A DNA stretch of 64,000 nt from the NCBI GenBank assembly GCA_964412585.1, contig CAYPPJ010000006.1, positions 31 through 64,030 on the forward strand, given 5' to 3'. Positions 58,045 to 64,000 of this stretch are shown here, in pieces. The number at the start of each line of letters is the position of its first letter. Position 1 is the first letter of the stretch. The notes under the pieces are model-generated. The model did not search any database, was not told where the DNA came from, and saw nothing but the letters and a program-made list of their open reading frames with translations. This DNA comes from an uncultured Candidatus Saccharibacteria bacterium (GTDB lineage: Bacteria > Patescibacteriota > Minisyncoccia > Phycocordibacterales > PALSA-1337). Both the position numbers and the translations under genes were made by a program.

Positions 58045-59322
58045 CTATTTGGGGATTTTTTGATAATTCTTGCTTGTCGGATCCTCACTCTTTTCTCTAC
58101 GCACAAAAGCAATGAATACAAGCCATCCCGCGCCGACAGCAGCTCCTGCAATGTAAACTGGTGCCGCTGGAGCAATAGTTGCCGCCAAGAATCCAGCCAA
58201 GACCGGTGGCGCTATTTGTGAAAATGCCTGAACGCTTGTATTAATACCCAAAATCTCACCTTGTATAGCTGCGGGAGCACGACGACTCGCCAAGCTTGGC
58301 AGCAACGACATACTTATGCCATTTGCTAGTGCGAAGAAAGCGCCAGTCAACAAAAGTCCTGGAATGGTGTACGGTAAATAAAACGCAAAAATTCCCAACG
58401 AACCGAGCACGAGCGACCACCGAAGTAGAACAACCTCATCGTAGTAGCGCGATAACAGTGGCACAAGCACGGCTTGTGCTATGACAATCCATAGGCCCGC
58501 ATATCCAATATAGTATCCGATACCAACCTGAGTCATATTAAATCGATCAATCAGATAGACACTAAAGAATGTGGCCACAAATGTTATACCCGCATTGAAG
58601 AAGAAATTGGTAGCAAACACTGAACGTAGACGCCGCATTCCGTATGCGCGAATGATATCAGCGAGGCCTTTATGGAATTTGAGCGGAGTTCCCGCCACGC
58701 GCGTGTTCGTCTCACCCACATAGCGGTATACCAAAAATGCATTAAAGCCTGAGAGTGCCGCCGCAAACAAAAACGGGGTGGTAATACTGAACCATGAAAT
58801 AAGCGTCGGATCAGAAAGAAGTCCCCCGAGGACTGGGCCAATAATAAAACCAGTCCCATATGCCGCACCGATCAACCCGAAATGCTTTGCACGATCTTTT
58901 GGTCGAGTTAGATCGGCAATAGCTGCTTGCGCCACCGAAATACTTCCCCCTGCTATACCATCTACAACGCGGGAGAAAAAGAGAAGGAAAATGTTATGAG
59001 TCACAATACCGATCGCAAGGATCAGAAAACCGACAGCCGTACCAATGAGGGCAACAGTCAATATAGGGCGACGACCATGACGATCAGAAAGTTGTCCAAG
59101 GACCGGCGCAGAAAAGAACTGGATCATTGGGTAGGTCGCAATGAGAAAGCCGAGGAGAATATATCCAAGGGTCAGAGAGGCTGATGGCGGCAGCACATAG
59201 TACATCGAATCCGGGTTCGCAAAGAGTTGTGGAACCACCGGAACGAGAATACCGTAACCTACGAGGTCGAGGAATATAGCGAGCAAGATGACTGGCAGGG
59301 CTCGCGGGTTGTTTTTTGACAT
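58045..59322 (-). CDS. MFS transporter (TetA/DHA1-like)
   Basis: LDLVGYGIL.PV.P, motif A GQLSDRHGRRP, G.GFIIGPVLGG, about 12 TMs. Confidence 0.9.
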   Translation of the reverse strand: MSKNNPRALPVILLAIFLDLVGYGILVPVVPQLFANPDSMYYVLPPSASLTLGYILLGFLIATYPMIQFFSAPVLGQLSDRHGRRPILTVALIGTAVGFLILAIGIVTHNIFLLFFSRVVDGIAGGSISVAQAAIADLTRPKDRAKHFGLIGAAYGTGFIIGPVLGGLLSDPTLISWFSITTPFLFAAALSGFNAFLVYRYVGETNTRVAGTPLKFHKGLADIIRAYGMRRLRSVFATNFFFNAGITFVATFFSVYLIDRFNMTQVGIGYYIGYAGLWIVIAQAVLVPLLSRYYDEVVLLRWSLVLGSLGIFAFYLPYTIPGLLLTGAFFALANGISMSLLPSLASRRAPAAIQGEILGINTSVQAFSQIAPPVLAGFLAATIAPAAPVYIAGAAVGAGWLVFIAFVRREKSEDPTSKNYQKIPK

Positions 59323-59364
59323 AAACACTATTGTAGCAAGAAAATGCCCGGTCTTGAAGATGTA

Positions 59365-59470
59365 GGCCAGGAGGCGGGCATGGTGTTTCGATGGTAGGTA
59401 AAGTCACATTAATACTCCGCATACTGCCGTCTTTTACCGGACAGAGAAACACCATGCCCGCCTCCTGGCC
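59365..59470. repeat. Palindromic element family B, intergenic copy 2
   Basis: Perfect 25-bp inverted repeat GGCCAGGAGGCGGGCATGGTGTTTC around the family-B core. Confidence 0.85.
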
Positions 59471-59498
59471 CTTACGTATCAATAGTCTAGTTACCCAC

Positions 59499-59528
59499 GA
59501 AAAAACCCGCCTTTCGGCGGGTTTTTTC
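59499..59528. terminator. Bidirectional intrinsic terminator downstream of the RRM gene
   Basis: GAAAAAACCCGCC-TTTC-GGCGGGTTTTTTC. Confidence 0.8.
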
Positions 59529-59549
59529 TCTAAGGAGTGTCCTTGGCTG

Positions 59550-59801
59550 TTACGCTTTTGGGCGAGCCTCCGATACGACAATCTTGCGACCATCGAGTTC
59601 TGAACCATTCAGTTTCTCAATAGCGGCTGAAGCATCTGCATCACCGGCCATTTCTACGAAGCCGAAGCCCTTTGAGCGGCCTGACATCTTATCCATGATA
59701 ACGGTTGCTGATTCTACAGCACCTGCCTGTTCGAAGTGTGACTTCAGGGTCTGGTCAGTAGTACCCCAGGCAAGACTGCCTACGAAAAGTCTCTTTGACA
59801 T
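59550..59801 (-). CDS. RRM-domain RNA-binding protein
   Basis: RNP2 LFVGSL and RNP1 KGFGFVEM. Confidence 0.95.
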   Translation of the reverse strand: MSKRLFVGSLAWGTTDQTLKSHFEQAGAVESATVIMDKMSGRSKGFGFVEMAGDADASAAIEKLNGSELDGRKIVVSEARPKA

Positions 59802-59905
59802 GTTTCTTTGTTCTCCCGTGCGTTAATTTAACAGCGTAAGGACGAGATACTTACACGCGCACTAGTATAGCACATTGCTGGGATAAAAGCAAGTGCCTTC
59901 CTTCC

Positions 59906-62900
59906 CTATGATGTTGGGGCGTCTGATGGGACTGGAGCAGGTTCCGGTGCTGGCGCAGGAGCTGGTGCTGGTATCGATTCTGGAGTTGGTGCAGGCGCAG
60001 GAGCTGGAGCTGGGGCCGGAGTCGGTTCTGGAGCTGGAGTTGGTGCAGGCTCTGGAGCTGCGGCTGGTACAGTGGTATCAGTTGAAGAGGTAGTTGTGTC
60101 AGTTGTCGTTGTTGTATCGGTCACAGAACTTCCTTCTGAAGCCGGTTCCCCTGTACCTGAGGAACTAGTACCTGCGCCAGTTGTCATCTCTGGTGAAGTT
60201 GTAGCTGATTCTGCTGGTGGAGTCACGACGTTGACGGTCGTTGTATTATTCCCTGTTGGAGTTGTTGTTTGGGCGACCGGTGGAGTCGAAACTACTGTCG
60301 CACTTTGCGCTGTACTAGGTGCTTCGGCAGTACATGCCCCTGGACGCTTGTCCCAATCACCATTGCGAATCTGAACACAAAAGACTTGTCCTGTTGCAAC
60401 ATCATTGATCTCAAGACCCTTTGATACAGCCACGGTCTGAGCTTCGACACGGTCTGAATAGACAATGTGTGCTGTCATTTTATCCATAGTCCAGTCCCCT
60501 GCGCTTTGCAATGATTCTTTGACAGCAACCGCGACTCGAGAAATAAATGAAGGCGTCGAGCTTGCCAGTGTCTCGGCAGTGCTCGATGCAATCTGGACAC
60601 GTACGGCAGATGCGATAACAGTGATAAATGTTGAGCTTGAAGTGAGTGCTGAAAGACTATTCTCAATGCGTGCAGTAGTCCTATCGTCAAAGAGAGCGAC
60701 GATCGAAGAGGTTGTGGCAGTCAATTCGTCGATACGAGCTGAAAGAATCGAAACTGTGTTATTTGTTGTATCGAGCGCACTTGCCAACGTCCTCGTGGTT
60801 TGAGAAGTTGATGCCAAGTTGGTTGTTAATGACTGCATATCGGCTGCAGTGTTCGAGCTGAGTACATTGAGAGTTGCCGTCGTACTTGCGAGAGTAAATT
60901 CAAACCCTGAATTTTGGCTGCCGAGTTGAATCGTAGTCGAAGCGAGCGAACCGATCTGTCCCTGTTGTTCTTGGATTGCCTTGACTACCGTAGCGATCAT
61001 GGCACGGTCATCGATACCTGTCAGTTCTCCCTTTTCGTTATGCGTTGCAAAATGGTCGTTAACTGCACCCGCATCTTCTGCAATAAAACCATATCGAGTA
61101 CGACCATCACCTTCATTATAGACAAATGAAACCGGCTGCAGATCACGGATAGCTGCAAGGCCATTCAAGGACAAAGCGGTAATGTCATGCTTTGTCGCAC
61201 GTATAGACGAAGTACATGCATCTGAACCAGAGTTGTAAACAACTTCTTTACCCGCAGTCAAGCAGAGTGACCCTGCGCCGAAGTTTCCAGTCAAACCGCT
61301 CATAGCAACAGTTCCTGCAACGGCAAGTGTTCTCCATGGTGTGGTGGTACCGATGCCGACACTGCCATCTTTATCAATAAGCAGTAAGGTGCTGTTTGAA
61401 CTCGATGCTACCACTAACAAAGGAGTCGTGCTTCCTGATCCGCCCTGTATTGAGACTCGGCCAAATGGAGTAGTTGTACCGACACCGAACATACCGTTGC
61501 CGGCGATCGCGTCGTTGCTAACAAGCAAACTCGCATTAGTGACTTTTACATCAGCCTGGCCGGCTCCACCACCAGTAGGTCCTGTTGTGAAGACGAGCCT
61601 ATCGTTGTTGGAGCTACCACCACTATTGTATGTCTGTATAGCAAATGCATCGGTCTTGGTGCCGCCATTGTATCCCAAAGATGTAAGATATCTTTTTACA
61701 TTAGTAGACGTCAAACCAGCTTGTATATTTTCAGTCTGGAATGTTCCGGTAACTTTTACGTTACCAGTCGCACGACCAACACGGAATCGTTCGGTATAGG
61801 GGAATGAACCACTGCTTGAATCGGCAAAGACCAAGTCGCCATACTGCCCTGATCTCGTATCGCCATACAACGTCGAACCCGCTGCCCCAGGAATAAACCA
61901 CTGCAAGCCCATCTGTGAATTTGAACTAGCACCAGACACCCACCTAATCAATGATTGGGTAGTACTTGCCATGTTTATCTGACCATTGTCTTGAATAGAT
62001 ATCATCTCTTTATCAGCAGAATCAGAAAGCACAAATGCACGACCTGTACCCGTGCCAGATCCTTTGATAGCAAGTTTTGCAGATGGTGAGGTCGTACCAA
62101 TACCAACATTACCACCACCATTGAAGATAGCGTCGTAGTTGTTGGTTCCACCGGTGACAGAAGAAACGTAGAGACCAATATTATTCGCGTTCGATCCATT
62201 CCATGTGCCTGTTGAGGAGATGTTAATGCCTGTTTTGTTAATAGAAGCAGTTGATGATGTTGCAGTGTTTAGCACTTTGATACCGTCGAACGCTGCAGTT
62301 TTGGCCGTCGAAATCGCTTCCGACGATATGTCGAGTAATGCGGTAGGAAGCTTTGCTGCCCCGATAGACCAGAGACCATTTCTGATACGTCCTGTTTCAA
62401 CATCAAGATTGGAGAATATGATGTTTCCACTTGCCGAAAATGCGCTATTCAATTCCGTATCACCGTTGTTCGTATTGTAATCAATAATGAACTTACTGCC
62501 TGATGCGTTACTGCGCAGGAGACCAGACTTAGTAAGGGTGTTATCAGTCTTTAATGATAGGTAGAAACCAGGCTGCTGATAACTTCGCAATTCACCGCCA
62601 CCGATATTTCCATCAGCACCTGACGAGATAACACCGTCGACATCAAATAGGTTCGTACTTGCAGTCGATGAACCGACCTTTACTTTTCCGTTATCAAGCA
62701 CCTGGAAGAGCATGCGGTTATTCGAATCTGAAATAATAGTATTTCGTGTAGTCCCAGTCGTACCTCCTTTTATTGCAAGATTTGAAGCAAATGGTGTCGA
62801 GGAGCCAATGCCTAATTTACCTCCCGTAAAGACAAGTCCAGTTCCAGATGTAATCGAGCTTCCATCAAAATAATTCACACCATTGGTAGTCTGGGAATTT

Positions 62901-64000
62901 GCATTGGTACCACCATACGCAGTCGCAAGTGTACCGCCTGTGATGTTATCTGCATTCAAGCCTGTTATCCCTACACCATCACCAAAGAATGACCCGCCCG
63001 TTGTAATATCTCCCGCTGACTCGAAGGTAGAGTCCGTGTACATATTTCCGAAAAATTCGTGATTATAGGATGCTGAATTGGGTCCACCATATCCAAAAAG
63101 TGAAGAATTGGCTTCAAACTCCATCGGGCCTGTTGAATTGGCGATAATACCATTCACGTCAAGTTTGTATGCTGGCGTAACGCCAATGCCAACATTACCA
63201 TTCACGACCAGACTTCCATCAGTACCCAAAACTCCGCCAATTACCCTGTAGAGATTCGTATCTGATCCTGAATTGTTATCACCTGCAGAAGAGAAGGCAA
63301 ACTTATAATCTGATGGCACACGGAATTCCTTGAGTGAATCGGTAAGGTTAAGAGCGAGAGTTCCCTGCTCCCAGACACCGAGATTCGATCCATTTGATGC
63401 AAAACCATCGAGAGGATAATCCTTGAAGCTAATTGAAGGCCCATTCACACCTGCACCTGCTATAACACTTCCATTTGGGAATGAAGCCTTTGTTGAACTA
63501 ATAAAGCTGTTAGTTGCCAACTTTGTATTACCATTCACCTGTAGTCCGCCCGCAAGCGTACTCGTAGCAGTCGTGGATGTCGCTGTGTAATATGATGAGA
63601 CAACTTCACCAACAACAGAGAGTTTAGCGTATGGTGAGCTGGTTCCAATACCAACATTCCCTCCATTAAAGAATGATGTGGCATTATTTGTTATGTTAAG
63701 ATTGCCATTCGCTGAGGTAAGCGCCGTATCATTCAAATACATTGAGCCAGTACCTGTGCGCAATGTTCCCTTCACCCACAAGTTTGCAGCGAAAGATGAT
63801 GTTGCATTTGCTCCTGTGCCATTGACATCAATAAAGCCGGCGAAAGTGCTTGTTGCGGTAGTGGATGTTGCCGTAAAGTATGCCGCTGTTGGACCACTTG
63901 TAGCAGTAAGTGTAGTCCCAGAAGTAAAGGCTGCCAACATTCCCGCAGTACCACCGGTAACACCTGAACCACCAGTGATACCCAGTGTCGAGGTTGCTAC
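59906..64000 (-). CDS. Large surface/fibre protein with repeated G.VGIGT.SP motifs and a peptidase S74-type intramolecular chaperone domain (5'-truncated by the window)
   Basis: Frame stays open to 64000. GNVGIGTTSP repeats, TSS..TKHDI...LQPVSF.Y...YGFIAED...AIQEQ, coiled coil and Pro/Ala-rich tail. Confidence 0.85.
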   Translation of the reverse strand, partial: VATSTLGITGGSGVTGGTAGMLAAFTSGTTLTATSGPTAAYFTATSTTATSTFAGFIDVNGTGANATSSFAANLWVKGTLRTGTGSMYLNDTALTSANGNLNITNNATSFFNGGNVGIGTSSPYAKLSVVGEVVSSYYTATSTTATSTLAGGLQVNGNTKLATNSFISSTKASFPNGSVIAGAGVNGPSISFKDYPLDGFASNGSNLGVWEQGTLALNLTDSLKEFRVPSDYKFAFSSAGDNNSGSDTNLYRVIGGVLGTDGSLVVNGNVGIGVTPAYKLDVNGIIANSTGPMEFEANSSLFGYGGPNSASYNHEFFGNMYTDSTFESAGDITTGGSFFGDGVGITGLNADNITGGTLATAYGGTNANSQTTNGVNYFDGSSITSGTGLVFTGGKLGIGSSTPFASNLAIKGGTTGTTRNTIISDSNNRMLFQVLDNGKVKVGSSTASTNLFDVDGVISSGADGNIGGGELRSYQQPGFYLSLKTDNTLTKSGLLRSNASGSKFIIDYNTNNGDTELNSAFSASGNIIFSNLDVETGRIRNGLWSIGAAKLPTALLDISSEAISTAKTAAFDGIKVLNTATSSTASINKTGINISSTGTWNGSNANNIGLYVSSVTGGTNNYDAIFNGGGNVGIGTTSPSAKLAIKGSGTGTGRAFVLSDSADKEMISIQDNGQINMASTTQSLIRWVSGASSNSQMGLQWFIPGAAGSTLYGDTRSGQYGDLVFADSSSGSFPYTERFRVGRATGNVKVTGTFQTENIQAGLTSTNVKRYLTSLGYNGGTKTDAFAIQTYNSGGSSNNDRLVFTTGPTGGGAGQADVKVTNASLLVSNDAIAGNGMFGVGTTTPFGRVSIQGGSGSTTPLLVVASSSNSTLLLIDKDGSVGIGTTTPWRTLAVAGTVAMSGLTGNFGAGSLCLTAGKEVVYNSGSDACTSSIRATKHDITALSLNGLAAIRDLQPVSFVYNEGDGRTRYGFIAEDAGAVNDHFATHNEKGELTGIDDRAMIATVVKAIQEQQGQIGSLASTTIQLGSQNSGFEFTLASTTATLNVLSSNTAADMQSLTTNLASTSQTTRTLASALDTTNNTVSILSARIDELTATTSSIVALFDDRTTARIENSLSALTSSSTFITVIASAVRVQIASSTAETLASSTPSFISRVAVAVKESLQSAGDWTMDKMTAHIVYSDRVEAQTVAVSKGLEINDVATGQVFCVQIRNGDWDKRPGACTAEAPSTAQSATVVSTPPVAQTTTPTGNNTTTVNVVTPPAESATTSPEMTTGAGTSSSGTGEPASEGSSVTDTTTTTDTTTSSTDTTVPAAAPEPAPTPAPEPTPAPAPAPAPAPTPESIPAPAPAPAPEPAPVPSDAPTS

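Noticed and set aside
59930-60065. GGAGCTGG/GCAGG repeats as a DNA element
   Set aside because: They encode the Pro/Ala/Glu-rich protein tail.
1-64000. Alternative genetic code (UGA=Gly) as in Gracilibacteria/Absconditabacteria
   Set aside because: Conserved genes are intact under code 11, and TGA ends genes at the expected positions (e.g. nusB, methyltransferase).

Overview
The window looks like a chromosomal segment of a Patescibacteria (CPR, most likely Parcubacteria) genome read with genetic code 11. That assignment is inferred from gene content: short SMC, NusB-NUDIX fusion, VirB2-like pilin array, pilin-LamG adhesins, a giant S74-chaperone surface protein and many ORFans. Housekeeping genes include parB, miaA, rarA, rpmG, alr, clpB, smc, rnc, nusB, rpmF, groES/EL, secG, rnj, rplY, fba and tgt, plus five tRNAs (Leu-CAA, Trp-CCA, Tyr-GTA, Lys-CTT, Ser-GGA). 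These are interleaved with self-contained accessory genes. The strongest unexplained signals are: (1) families of palindromic hairpin elements with conserved apical cores and exchanged stems, two of them inserted in-frame in tgt; (2) a tandem leader-peptide and terminator/antiterminator cassette upstream of an unknown 345-aa gene and an M28 peptidase; (3) an AT-rich OLD nuclease plus 3-TM protein pair wedged into the rarA operon, a candidate defence system; (4) an antitoxin-less PemK/MazF gene with terminators in its 5' leader and inside its 3' coding end; (5) proteins that look derived from a diderm host (a porin-like beta-barrel, a Verrucomicrobiota-like C-terminal domain); (6) the tetraloop-rich 3' end of a possible structured RNA at the window start. 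All family assignments come from motif recognition by eye; no searches were run.
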